From assembly GCA_036399335.1 (NCBI GenBank), contig DASWNF010000010.1, forward strand, positions 4,066-68,065: a stretch of DNA of 64,000 nt. Direction: 5' to 3'. The notes under the pieces are model-generated. The model ran no database searches, was not told where the DNA came from, and saw only the letters and a list, made by a program, of their open reading frames with translations. A program made the position numbers and the translations under genes. Positions within the stretch are counted from its first letter, which is position 1. Each line of letters opens with the position of its first letter. Positions 47,569 to 56,440 of this stretch are shown piece by piece. This DNA comes from Minisyncoccota bacterium (GTDB lineage Bacteria; Patescibacteriota; Minisyncoccia; Phycocordibacterales; Phycocordibacteraceae).

Positions 47569-47940
47569 CTAGTAGCCGCCGCCGAAGCCGCCGCCACCGT
47601 AGCCACCGCGGTTTCCACCGCCGTAGCCGCCAGCGCCTCCATTGCCACCAGCGCCGCCGCCACGATTGTTATCGCGGGGAGGGCGGTCGCCCTGCGGGCG
47701 TGCCATAGAGACCGAAAGCATGCGGCCATCGAACTCCTTGCCGTCCCAACGGTCGATAGCCGCTTGGGCTTCTTCCTCGGACGCCATTTCGACGAAGCCG
47801 AAACCGCGTGAGCGGCCGGTCATGCGATCGCTGATAATGCTGACGGACGTGACCGTACCTGCTTCTTCGAAAGCGGTGCGCATCTCGTCTTCGGTCGTGC
47901 GGTATGGGATACCGCCGACATAGAGCTTGCTTGTTGCCAT
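47569..47940 (-). CDS. RRM-type RNA-binding protein with a Gly/Arg-rich tail
   Basis: RNP-2 LYVGGIPY and RNP-1 RGFGFVEM; C-terminal GGYGGGNRGG repeats. Confidence 0.85.
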   Translation of the reverse strand: MATSKLYVGGIPYRTTEDEMRTAFEEAGTVTSVSIISDRMTGRSRGFGFVEMASEEEAQAAIDRWDGKEFDGRMLSVSMARPQGDRPPRDNNRGGGAGGNGGAGGYGGGNRGGYGGGGFGGGY

Positions 47941-48139
47941 GTGGGCTAGTGAAAAAACGGATAACCTCGCAGATGCCGAACTTTTGATGACGACTCCTTG
48001 GGGGAGGGCACGCGAGCAGGTAGATCGGCGAGTTAGCGCCATTATGCTACAGACGAGCTAAAATCGCAAGACAGCTAGGGCGGGGTGTGGATAGGGAAAG
48101 GGGCCGGCGTATCGGGTGATACGCCGGCCCGTATGGTGC

Positions 48140-48571
48140 TTAGGCACGCCGCCGCCCGGCTTGTTTCCGGCGCGGCCTCCGATAGTGCCCAAGGGATTCC
48201 TCGATATAGACTCGGATGGTTCGCGTGACCCCATCCACGTCTTCCTGCTCCGGTGCCTCGGCGCTTTTGCAGAAGAGGGAGAATTGGCAACTCACGCCTT
48301 GAATAGGATCACGTTCGAAGAACGCCATGTACTCGTGCTCGCCGACCCTGAGGGAGCGGAGTGCCACTCCTCGACGACTATGCGCGATGAAGTTCTGGTT
48401 TATGGCGACCTTCGGATAGAATGTCCGCAGCTCGGCCATCAGCAGCCTTAGGAACTCCGGGCTCTCCGGCCAGTTGTTGCCGGCCAGCGCATCCAGCGCC
48501 GGCTGTTCAGCCGGCGAGTAGAGCGGCCCATGATAGTCGAGGATACCTCCATTCGGGTTTCTTGCGTGCAC
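48140..48571 (-). CDS. Hypothetical protein (possible GTG start)
   Basis: GGAG SD 5 nt upstream of the GTG at 48569-48571 (minus strand); 143 aa with an R-rich tail. Confidence 0.35.
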   Translation of the reverse strand: MHARNPNGGILDYHGPLYSPAEQPALDALAGNNWPESPEFLRLLMAELRTFYPKVAINQNFIAHSRRGVALRSLRVGEHEYMAFFERDPIQGVSCQFSLFCKSAEAPEQEDVDGVTRTIRVYIEESLGHYRRPRRKQAGRRRA

Positions 48572-48660
48572 GATACTTCTCCATAAAGAACTGAAAACAA
48601 AAAGACAGCCGTTCGGCTGTTTGTTCGTATCATAGCACGCTTTGAGTTTTTGGGGAACGG

Positions 48661-49353
48661 CTACGCGTGAGCCTGGAGCTCGCGTATCGAACGGTTCCTA
48701 TGGATGAGCTCGTCGTTGCGCACTGAGGAGAAGAATTCAAATTCGGTTTTCACGTTGCGGCCGTAGAATTCGAGGAATTCGGAGGTAATGGGGGTGATGC
48801 GGAGGCGCGCCTCGTTCTCGTCGAGGAACTGCTGGTATTGCTCGTAGGCATGGGACTCGAAGACGTAGTTCAGCTCGAGCGCCGCACGGCGCGAAACGAG
48901 GTAGAGGAAAAAGACGACGAGGGCGTAGCCGGTAGCGAAGATAAGCGGGATGACGGTGTGGCGGAAGAAGTTCTCGCACTTGAGGCGCTTTACGATCTGC
49001 GAGATGACGACGACATGCAGGGTCTCATTGTCCTGTGCCATGCGGCTGAAGGCGGAGGTCTTGGCGAGTTCGATGGCGCGGCGCTCGTTGCTGTAAAACC
49101 ACGTGAGTAGGGTATAGGAGGCCACTTCCCATGACTGGTAGGGGATACGGGCGACGACCTCAATCGCCTTGAACTTCTGGTAGGACGGCTCGCGGCCGTA
49201 CATGAGGTTACCCGAGGAGACGAAGAGGGAACCGAGGACGCGCGCGGCAAATCCCGGGCGGTAGTTATCAAACGCGCGCGCGTAGTCGGCGCGCAGCTCA
49301 GGGTCGTTCAGCTTCGCGTTCAGTGCCTCGTGTTCGTCGTACTCTTCTTGCAT
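48661..49353 (-). CDS. Alternative-oxidase (AOX)-like di-iron carboxylate protein
   Basis: Four-helix di-iron pattern resembling the AOX motifs: IEVVARIPY (LET..), NERRAIEL (NERMHL, His absent), FESHAYEQY (LEEEAIHSY), RNDELIHRN (RADEAHHRD); hydrophobic membrane-association segment VIPLIFATGYALVVFFLYLV. Confidence 0.45.
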   Translation of the reverse strand: MQEEYDEHEALNAKLNDPELRADYARAFDNYRPGFAARVLGSLFVSSGNLMYGREPSYQKFKAIEVVARIPYQSWEVASYTLLTWFYSNERRAIELAKTSAFSRMAQDNETLHVVVISQIVKRLKCENFFRHTVIPLIFATGYALVVFFLYLVSRRAALELNYVFESHAYEQYQQFLDENEARLRITPITSEFLEFYGRNVKTEFEFFSSVRNDELIHRNRSIRELQAHA

Positions 49354-49393
49354 GTGGCCGTACTGTACCACACGGTTATTGCCGGCGTGCGTA

Positions 49394-51058
49394 TTACGAC
49401 ACGGTCTTGAGGAGGTACTTCTCGATGTCGGCAAAGGTGCCGCCGACTTTCTTCCCAGGGTTAAGGATGTTCTGGGGGTCGAAGATGCGCTTCGTCTCCG
49501 CAAAAAGGCCGACTACCTCGTCGCCGAACTGCATAGGGAGGTAGGGCGTGCGGATAATGCCGTCGTTATGCTCGCCCGTTGTGGTGCCGCCGTATGCGAG
49601 GACGAGCTTGTATACGCGAGGCGCGAGGTCAACGATGACCTGGCGCACGTCGGGACGGGTAAGGTCCATGAGGGGGATGATATGGAAGTTGCCGTTGCCG
49701 ATGTGGCCCGCGACCGTATATATGAAGCGATCTTCGTATTCCTTGAGGAGGGCGGCTAACTTCGGCAGGAATTCAGGATACGAGTCAGGCGGCACGACGA
49801 AGTCGTCGATAAAGGGCGCTGCATAGAGCCCTTTCACGTTCTTGCGGAGGAGCGCGAAGCTTTCGCGCCGTACGATCCAGTATTTTTCCGCGTGGCGCTC
49901 GTCGGCAAGTACACGGACAGGGAGGTTCAAGTGCCTCAAGGCGGCCTCTGCCTCGCGGGCCTTGCCGAGAGCTTCCTCGTGGGTGTCTTCGGAGAATTCG
50001 GCCATGAGGACGAGCTTCGGGATGCCGCCCGAGAGCACCATGCGGACCTCGGGGAGAAAGGCAAAGCCGAGGCGCACGGCGCGCACCAGTCCCATCTGCG
50101 AGAGCAGCTGCGGCAGGAAGCGCACGGCAAGCTTGAACGTATGGTCGTCGTAGGACTCAAAGGACTCGGGATTGAACGGCAGCACCTTGTGCACGATCTC
50201 AGGCAGCTGCGCGAGATCCGAAAGGAAGATGACGAGCATGCTGCGGTACCCTTGCTGCTTCACGAGGCGGAGTTTCATTTTCGTCGTGAGCGCGAGCGTG
50301 CCTTGGGCACCCGTGACGAGCTGCGCGAGGTCGAAGGTGCCCTTCGCCTCATCCTTTACGTTCCAAAGCGCGTACCCCGCGGAGTTCTTCGAGACCGTCG
50401 GCTTTGCCTTACGGATGGCATCCGCATTCCGGGTCAGGAGGGCGTCCATGTCGCGGTAGATGCGGCCTTCGAGCGTATCGAGCTTTTTCTTTTCTTCGAG
50501 CTCAGTACCCGACAGCGCCCTAAAGGAGGTAACCGAGCCGTCAGAAAGCACGACCTCGAGCTCGTCGACGTAGTCTTCGGTCTTACCGTATTCGAGCGTG
50601 CGTTCGCCGCCTGAGTTGTTGTTCACGATGCCGCCGAGTGCGGCGAGTTCGCGGGATGCGGGATAGGAGGGAAGTATCTGCCCGCCTTGGGCGAGGGTCG
50701 CCTTCTCGAAGTCGCGGTAATAGACGCCGGGCTCGGCGACGGCGTAGCCGTCGCCGACCTCATGCACCTTGTTCAGGTATTTCGTAAAGACGGCGGATAC
50801 GGAGTCGGTAAGCGGCCCGCCCGACATGTCGGTGCCTGCCGAGCGCGCGGCAATGGCTGCGGGAATGCCGTCCTTTTTGGCGCCCGCGACAGCCTTCACG
50901 AGCGCGGATACGTCCGCCGTATCCTTCGGGAAGACGACGACTTCGGGTGTGCGCGAGAATACGCTCGTGTCGCGGGAGTAGGTTGCGCGCGTGGCGTCAT
51001 CCGTAAGTACGTCGCCCCCTACGGTTTCCTTAATGCGCTCGATGAGGGTCTTTTCCAT
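49394..51058 (-). CDS. FAD-linked oxidase (GlcD / D-lactate dehydrogenase family)
   Basis: FAD-binding PCMH-type N-terminal domain (PEVVVFPKDTADVSALVK...GAGTDMSGG) plus a C-terminal FAD-oxidase_C domain; 554 aa. Confidence 0.75.
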   Translation of the reverse strand: MEKTLIERIKETVGGDVLTDDATRATYSRDTSVFSRTPEVVVFPKDTADVSALVKAVAGAKKDGIPAAIAARSAGTDMSGGPLTDSVSAVFTKYLNKVHEVGDGYAVAEPGVYYRDFEKATLAQGGQILPSYPASRELAALGGIVNNNSGGERTLEYGKTEDYVDELEVVLSDGSVTSFRALSGTELEEKKKLDTLEGRIYRDMDALLTRNADAIRKAKPTVSKNSAGYALWNVKDEAKGTFDLAQLVTGAQGTLALTTKMKLRLVKQQGYRSMLVIFLSDLAQLPEIVHKVLPFNPESFESYDDHTFKLAVRFLPQLLSQMGLVRAVRLGFAFLPEVRMVLSGGIPKLVLMAEFSEDTHEEALGKAREAEAALRHLNLPVRVLADERHAEKYWIVRRESFALLRKNVKGLYAAPFIDDFVVPPDSYPEFLPKLAALLKEYEDRFIYTVAGHIGNGNFHIIPLMDLTRPDVRQVIVDLAPRVYKLVLAYGGTTTGEHNDGIIRTPYLPMQFGDEVVGLFAETKRIFDPQNILNPGKKVGGTFADIEKYLLKTVS

Positions 51059-51207
51059 GGGGAGAGTATACCTAATAAAAAAGGCCGCCCCTTGGGGTGG
51101 CCTTCACGTTGTTGCGTATCGGGTTCATGCGACGCGACCGACGAGCACCCGGCCTTCTCGCTATGCACCGCTGACCGCACGCCCTCGTCGAGGTATACTC
51201 TACGCAC

Positions 51208-52143
51208 ATGAGTTCAGTACCAGCCCTTTTCATCAAGGACGTAAAGAAGGTGTACAACACCGAGAAGGGGCGCACGACCGAGGCCCTGAAAGGCGTCTCG
51301 CTCTCGATCGCCCAAGGCGAATTCTTCTCGCTCCTCGGCCCGAACGGCGCAGGGAAGACGACCCTCATCGGCATTACCGCCGGGCTCACCAATAAGACCG
51401 GAGGTACGGTAGAGGTGTGCGGTGTGCCAATCGACCAGAACCCCGGGAAGGCAAAAAGCTTCATCGGCCTCGTGCCCCAGGAGATGAACTTCGATATCTT
51501 CGACCGGGTCATCAACATCGTCCTCAACCAGGCGGGGTACTACGGCATCCCGCGCAAGGAAGCGCTCGCGTATGCCGACGAACTCCTTAAGAATCTGGGA
51601 CTCTGGGAAAAGCGCAACGATAAGGCCGAGACCCTTTCGGGCGGCATGAAGCGCCGTCTCATGATCGCGCGCGCCCTCATCCATAAGCCCGAAATCCTGC
51701 TCCTCGACGAGCCGACGGCCGGCGTCGATGTCGAGCTCCGCCGCGGCATGTGGGACTTCCTCAGGAAGTTGAATGCCGAGGGCACGACCATCGTCCTTAC
51801 CACCCATTACCTCGAAGAAGCCGAGCAGCTCTCAGAGCGCGTTGCCATCATTAATAAAGGGAACATCATCGAACAGGGAAGCGTGAAGGAGCTCTTATCG
51901 AAGCTTAATTTCGTAACACTCCTCCTCGATACCATCGAGCCCTTGAACGAAGCCAAGATGCACCTCCTCCAAGGCCAGCCGATGAAGCGCATCGACGAAC
52001 ATACGCTTGAAGTCACGCTTTCGCCCGGCGAGACCATAAACGAGTCTTTCAGGAAGCTTTCGTCGGTGGGCGTAAACGTTACGAACGTGCGGAACCCGGG
52101 CGGACGCCTCGAAGAGGTGTTCCTCCATTTGATAAACAAATAA
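51208..52143 (+). CDS. ABC transporter ATP-binding protein
   Basis: Walker A GPNGAGKTT, signature LSGGMKRRL, Walker B ILLLDEPTAGVD. Confidence 0.9.
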   Translation: MSSVPALFIKDVKKVYNTEKGRTTEALKGVSLSIAQGEFFSLLGPNGAGKTTLIGITAGLTNKTGGTVEVCGVPIDQNPGKAKSFIGLVPQEMNFDIFDRVINIVLNQAGYYGIPRKEALAYADELLKNLGLWEKRNDKAETLSGGMKRRLMIARALIHKPEILLLDEPTAGVDVELRRGMWDFLRKLNAEGTTIVLTTHYLEEAEQLSERVAIINKGNIIEQGSVKELLSKLNFVTLLLDTIEPLNEAKMHLLQGQPMKRIDEHTLEVTLSPGETINESFRKLSSVGVNVTNVRNPGGRLEEVFLHLINK

Positions 52144-52145
52144 GT

Positions 52146-52916
52146 ATGCGATCACCCGCCCTCATCGGTTACTTCACCATGATTCGCAAGGACTTCTTGC
52201 GCATCATCCGCATATGGGCGCAGACCCTCCTCCCGCCCGTCGTTACGACGACGCTCTACTTCGTCATCTTCGGCGCCTTCATCGGCAGCCAGGTGGCGCC
52301 CATCGAAGGGTTCTCCTATATGCAGTTCATCGTGCCCGGGCTCATCATGATGACCATCATCACGGCCGCGTATACGAACACGGTCTTCACCTTCTACTTC
52401 GCGAAGTGGATGCATACCATCGACGAGATACTCGTATCCCCGATGCCAAGCTGGGCCGTCATCGCCGGCTTCCTCTCGGGCGGCATCGCACGCGCGGCGC
52501 TTACGGGCATGCTCGTCACCTTTGTCTCGCTCCTATTCACTGACCTCGCGCTCACGCATATCGGCATCCTTCTCGGCGCGGCCTTCCTGACGGCGCTCAT
52601 CTTCGCCTTTGCCGGCATCATTAATGCCGTATATGCGAAGTCGATGGACGGCATCTCAATCGTCCCGAACTTCGTGCTCACTCCGCTCACGTACTTAGGC
52701 GGCGTCTTCTACTCGATAGAGTTCCTCCCGCCGTTCTTCGCCAAGCTCTCGCTCGCGAACCCTATCCTTTATATGGTGAACGCGTTCAGGTACGGCTTCC
52801 TCGGCATCTCGGACGTGCCGGTCGCGACCTGCTTTGCTGTCATCGGCGGCGTCGCCTTCCTCATGTTCCTCTGGACGCTATGGCTCTTCAGGCGGGGCAT
52901 CGGGGTGAAGCGCTAA
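52146..52916 (+). CDS. ABC-2 family transporter permease
   Basis: Six TM helices; starts 3 nt after the ATPase stop. Confidence 0.75.
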   Translation: MRSPALIGYFTMIRKDFLRIIRIWAQTLLPPVVTTTLYFVIFGAFIGSQVAPIEGFSYMQFIVPGLIMMTIITAAYTNTVFTFYFAKWMHTIDEILVSPMPSWAVIAGFLSGGIARAALTGMLVTFVSLLFTDLALTHIGILLGAAFLTALIFAFAGIINAVYAKSMDGISIVPNFVLTPLTYLGGVFYSIEFLPPFFAKLSLANPILYMVNAFRYGFLGISDVPVATCFAVIGGVAFLMFLWTLWLFRRGIGVKR

Positions 52917-52990
52917 GCGCTTCAAAGGAGGCGGTTGCCTCCGACCTGCTGATTTTGCCCCTACGGCTTGGCGACGTATACTAGGGACAA

Positions 52991-54271
52991 ATGCGGCAGA
53001 GCCAACTATTCACCAAGACCCGCCGCGAGGCCCCTTCGGACGAGGTCGCAAAAAACGCCCAGCTTCTCATCCGGGCGGGGTATATCCATAAGGAAATGGC
53101 TGGCGTGTACGCCTATCTCCCCCTCGGGCTCCGCGTCGTCGAGAAGATCAAGCAAATCGTACGCGAGGAGATGAACGCCATCGGCGGGGCAGAGATGATC
53201 ATGACCAGCCTCCAGCGGAAGGAACTATGGGAGTCGACCGACCGGTGGAGCGACGAGAAGGTGGACGTGTGGTTCAAGTCGACGCTTAAGAACGGCACTG
53301 AGGTCGGCTTCGGGTGGTCGCACGAGGAGCCGATAACGCAAATGATGACACGCTTTATCGAAAGCTACCGCGACCTTCCGGTATACGCGTACCAGTTCCA
53401 GACCAAGCTCCGGAACGAGCTTCGCGCCAAGTCAGGCATCATGCGCGGCCGCGAGTTCGTCATGAAGGATCTCTACTCGTACACGACCGACGAGGCAGCG
53501 CACGAAGCGTTCTATGCGTCGGCAATAGAGGCATACCAGCGCGTCTTTGAGCGCGTCGGCCTCGGCGACCGCACCTTCCTTACCTTCGCTTCGGGCGGCG
53601 CCTTTACCCAGTTCAGCCATGAGTTCCAAACGCTCTCGGACGTGGGCGAGGACGTTATTTACGTACACAAAGGAAAGAACATGGCCGTGAACAAAGAAGT
53701 GCTTACTCCCGAAGTGCTCGACCAGCTCGGCATCCTCGCAGACGAACTCGAAGAGGCGAAGTCGGTCGAGGTCGGTAACATCTTCAGCTTCGGCGACAAG
53801 AAGTCGAAGGAGCTCGGGCTCACGTACCGCGACGAGAACGGGGAAGAGAAGCCCGTCATCCTCGGCTCCTACGGCATCGGCATCACCCGCCTCATGGGTA
53901 CCTTGGTCGAAGTCTTTGCTGACGGGAAGGGCATCGTCTGGCCCGAAGCGGTAGCTCCCTTCAAAATGCATATTGTCTGCCTAGTGGCGGATCCGGTAGC
54001 TATCGCCTACGCGGAGGCACTGTACGACGACCTCACTGCAGCCGGGGTTGAGGTCCTCTATGACGACCGGGACGTACGCGCCGGCGAGAAGCTCGCCGAC
54101 TCGGAGCTCATCGGCATCCCGGCGCGCATCATCATCGGCCGCGAGACCATCCCTTCAGGCACGCTCGAAGTAGTGGAGCGGAGGAGTGGGGACGTAAAGC
54201 GCGTCCTTCGCGCCGAGCTCATGGCGACGTATGTGATTGACTCAGAGGAGACCAAGGAAGCCGCAGCATAA
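52991..54271 (+). CDS. proS: Prolyl-tRNA synthetase (short form without an insertion/editing domain)
   Basis: Class II motifs and ProRS anticodon-binding domain; 426 aa. Confidence 0.8.
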   Translation: MRQSQLFTKTRREAPSDEVAKNAQLLIRAGYIHKEMAGVYAYLPLGLRVVEKIKQIVREEMNAIGGAEMIMTSLQRKELWESTDRWSDEKVDVWFKSTLKNGTEVGFGWSHEEPITQMMTRFIESYRDLPVYAYQFQTKLRNELRAKSGIMRGREFVMKDLYSYTTDEAAHEAFYASAIEAYQRVFERVGLGDRTFLTFASGGAFTQFSHEFQTLSDVGEDVIYVHKGKNMAVNKEVLTPEVLDQLGILADELEEAKSVEVGNIFSFGDKKSKELGLTYRDENGEEKPVILGSYGIGITRLMGTLVEVFADGKGIVWPEAVAPFKMHIVCLVADPVAIAYAEALYDDLTAAGVEVLYDDRDVRAGEKLADSELIGIPARIIIGRETIPSGTLEVVERRSGDVKRVLRAELMATYVIDSEETKEAAA

Positions 54272-54275
54272 CGGT

Positions 54276-55331
54276 ATGGTACGCAAGCTCTCAAGCTCAT
54301 TCTTCTCAAGCGACATCGGCATCGACCTCGGTACCGGCAACACCCTCGTCTATGTGCGCGGGCGCGGCATAGTCCTGAACGAGCCGTCCGTCGTGACCTT
54401 GAACGAAAAGACGGGCCAGGTAGTCGCCGTAGGCGTCCACGCGAAAAGCATGCTCGGGAAGACCCCGCCCCACATCCGGGCGATACGGCCGCTCGCGCAC
54501 GGCGTCATCTCGGACTTCGAGGTGACCCAGGAACTCCTCTCGTACCTCATCCAAAAGGCGCAAAGCGGAAGCACGAAGCTCTTCGGCCCGCGCGTCGTCG
54601 TCGGCGTGCCGACCGGCGTCACGAACGTCGAAAGCCGCGCCGTACGCGATGCGGCGCTTACGGCCGGCGCGCGCGAGGTCTTCGTCCTTGAGGAGCCGAT
54701 GGCAGGCGCTATCGGCGCTAAACTTCCCGTCACCGAGGCCGTCGGCACCATGGTGCTCGACATTGGTGCCGGTACGACCGACATCGCCGTCATCGCTCTT
54801 GCGGGTACGGTCGCGAGCAAGAGTTCGCACGTTGCCGGCGACCGCTTCAACGAGAACATCATCGATTTCGTGCGAAGCGAGTTCCAGTTGGCGATTGGCG
54901 AACGGACGGCCGAGGACACGAAGATTGCGGTCGGCGCGGTCTTGCCGCTTGCCGACCCGATCGAATTCGCCATCCGCGGGCGCGACCTAGCGACCGGGCT
55001 CCCGCGCGAAGTCGTCCTTACGGACAGCCATGTGCGCGAGGCGCTCTCGCCGTCGCTCGACAGCCTCATGGAGGCCATGAAGGATGTCATCGAGCACACG
55101 CCGCCCGAACTCCTTTCGGACGTACTTGAACGCGGCGTGACGGTATTCGGCGGCGGGGCACTCCTGCGTGGCCTTCCCGAGCTCCTCTCGAAGATGCTCG
55201 GCGTACCGGTGTACGTCGCCTCCGATCCGCTCACGGCGGTCGTGCGGGGTACGGGCATCGTCACCGAAGATCCGCGCCCCTGGGCGGATACCTTTATGCA
55301 TGAAGAGGCAATCCTACCTCACAACGCGTAA
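54276..55331 (+). CDS. mreB: Rod shape-determining protein MreB
   Basis: Actin-fold motifs DIGIDLGTGNTLVYV, VLDIGAGTTDIAVI, GGGALLRGL. Confidence 0.9.
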   Translation: MVRKLSSSFFSSDIGIDLGTGNTLVYVRGRGIVLNEPSVVTLNEKTGQVVAVGVHAKSMLGKTPPHIRAIRPLAHGVISDFEVTQELLSYLIQKAQSGSTKLFGPRVVVGVPTGVTNVESRAVRDAALTAGAREVFVLEEPMAGAIGAKLPVTEAVGTMVLDIGAGTTDIAVIALAGTVASKSSHVAGDRFNENIIDFVRSEFQLAIGERTAEDTKIAVGAVLPLADPIEFAIRGRDLATGLPREVVLTDSHVREALSPSLDSLMEAMKDVIEHTPPELLSDVLERGVTVFGGGALLRGLPELLSKMLGVPVYVASDPLTAVVRGTGIVTEDPRPWADTFMHEEAILPHNA

Positions 55332-56094
55332 CCGGGGCGGGGGACTCTTCTCGTCCTTCGGGAAGCTCTTCGCCGCCGTCCTCTTCTTTTTCGTACTCCT
55401 TGCCGTCTTCCTGCGCTTCGTGGCGCCTGGCGCCCTCACGACACTTGCCACGCCCCTCTGGGGCATCGGTACCGCACTGTCCGGACGCGTGGAGGGCGCC
55501 GCGCCGCTTACGAGCCGCGCTGCGCTCGTGCGTACCAACGAGCAATTGGCTGCGGAGGTAGCGGCGCTTAAGGTCGAGCGCGCTACCTTGGCAGCCAAGG
55601 CCGGCGATTTCGAGCGGCTGCTTGGCGGACGCACGGAGCGCGCGGGCGGCATCGTTGCGGGCGTCATGGCACGCCCGCCGGTTTCCCCCTACGACGTACT
55701 CATCCTCGACCAGGGGCAGGAGGCTCGCATTGCCTACGGGCACACCGTGTACGGCCCCGGCGGCGTCCCGCTCGGCACCATTACCGAAACGACGGCGCGC
55801 ACGTCCCGCGCGACCCTCTACTCCTCGGCCGGGCTCGTAACCGAAGGCTGGGCCGGAGCAACGCGCATCCCGGCAAAGCTCATAGGTACGGGCGCGGGTG
55901 GTTTTGATGCTGAGGTGCCGGGTACGGCGGGCGTTGCCATAGGGGACCAGGTATTCGTACCGGGCCCGGGCGCGCTCCCGATAGGCTCGGTCGTCGAGAT
56001 CGTGACTGACCCGTCGTCCACCTCGGTCGTGCTTCGCATCCGTCCGCTCATTAACCCGCTTTCCCTTACTTGGGTAACCGTAGTACCGCTATGA
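55300..56094 (+). CDS. mreC: Rod shape-determining protein MreC
   Basis: N-terminal TM, coiled-coil LAAEVAALKVERATL, C-terminal beta domain; start overlaps the mreB 3' end. Confidence 0.7.
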   Translation: MKRQSYLTTRNRGGGLFSSFGKLFAAVLFFFVLLAVFLRFVAPGALTTLATPLWGIGTALSGRVEGAAPLTSRAALVRTNEQLAAEVAALKVERATLAAKAGDFERLLGGRTERAGGIVAGVMARPPVSPYDVLILDQGQEARIAYGHTVYGPGGVPLGTITETTARTSRATLYSSAGLVTEGWAGATRIPAKLIGTGAGGFDAEVPGTAGVAIGDQVFVPGPGALPIGSVVEIVTDPSSTSVVLRIRPLINPLSLTWVTVVPL

Positions 56095-56351
56095 TGATTC
56101 CACCCAAACGGCTCCGTACTTTCTTCGCCGTCTTTCCGTTCGTCTCGTTATTTTTCTTCCCGTGGCCTATGACGTTGATCGCCGCCTTTGCGGCGGGCCT
56201 CGTCTTCCCGCCGCTCGCACTCGTCATCGGCGTACTCGTCGACATCTTTTATCACCCAGGCGTCGGGTGGCTTGTCGGCACGGTCTCGGGCGCCGTACTC
56301 ACGTGCGTCGCCTACGGCGTGCGGTATGTCGCGAAGACGAGACTCTTATAA
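56091..56351 (+). CDS. mreD: MreD-like small membrane protein
   Basis: ATGA overlap with the mreC stop; 86 aa with 3 TM helices; position between mreC and mrdA. Confidence 0.5.
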   Translation: MMIPPKRLRTFFAVFPFVSLFFFPWPMTLIAAFAAGLVFPPLALVIGVLVDIFYHPGVGWLVGTVSGAVLTCVAYGVRYVAKTRLL

Positions 56352-56440
56352 GAGGTAGCTTTTCACTTGACTCTTTTCGGGAGAGTGGCACAAGGGACTT
56401 TCCCGTGCGCTCATTTTCTATACGTCGTATGATGTAACAA

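Noticed and set aside
48075-48451. Small ORFs 48075..48290 (minus) and 48116..48451 (plus) overlapping the 143-aa hypothetical gene
   Set aside because: They are mutually overlapping frames. The 48140..48571 frame has the only plausible SD (GGAG upstream of GTG), and even that call is low confidence.
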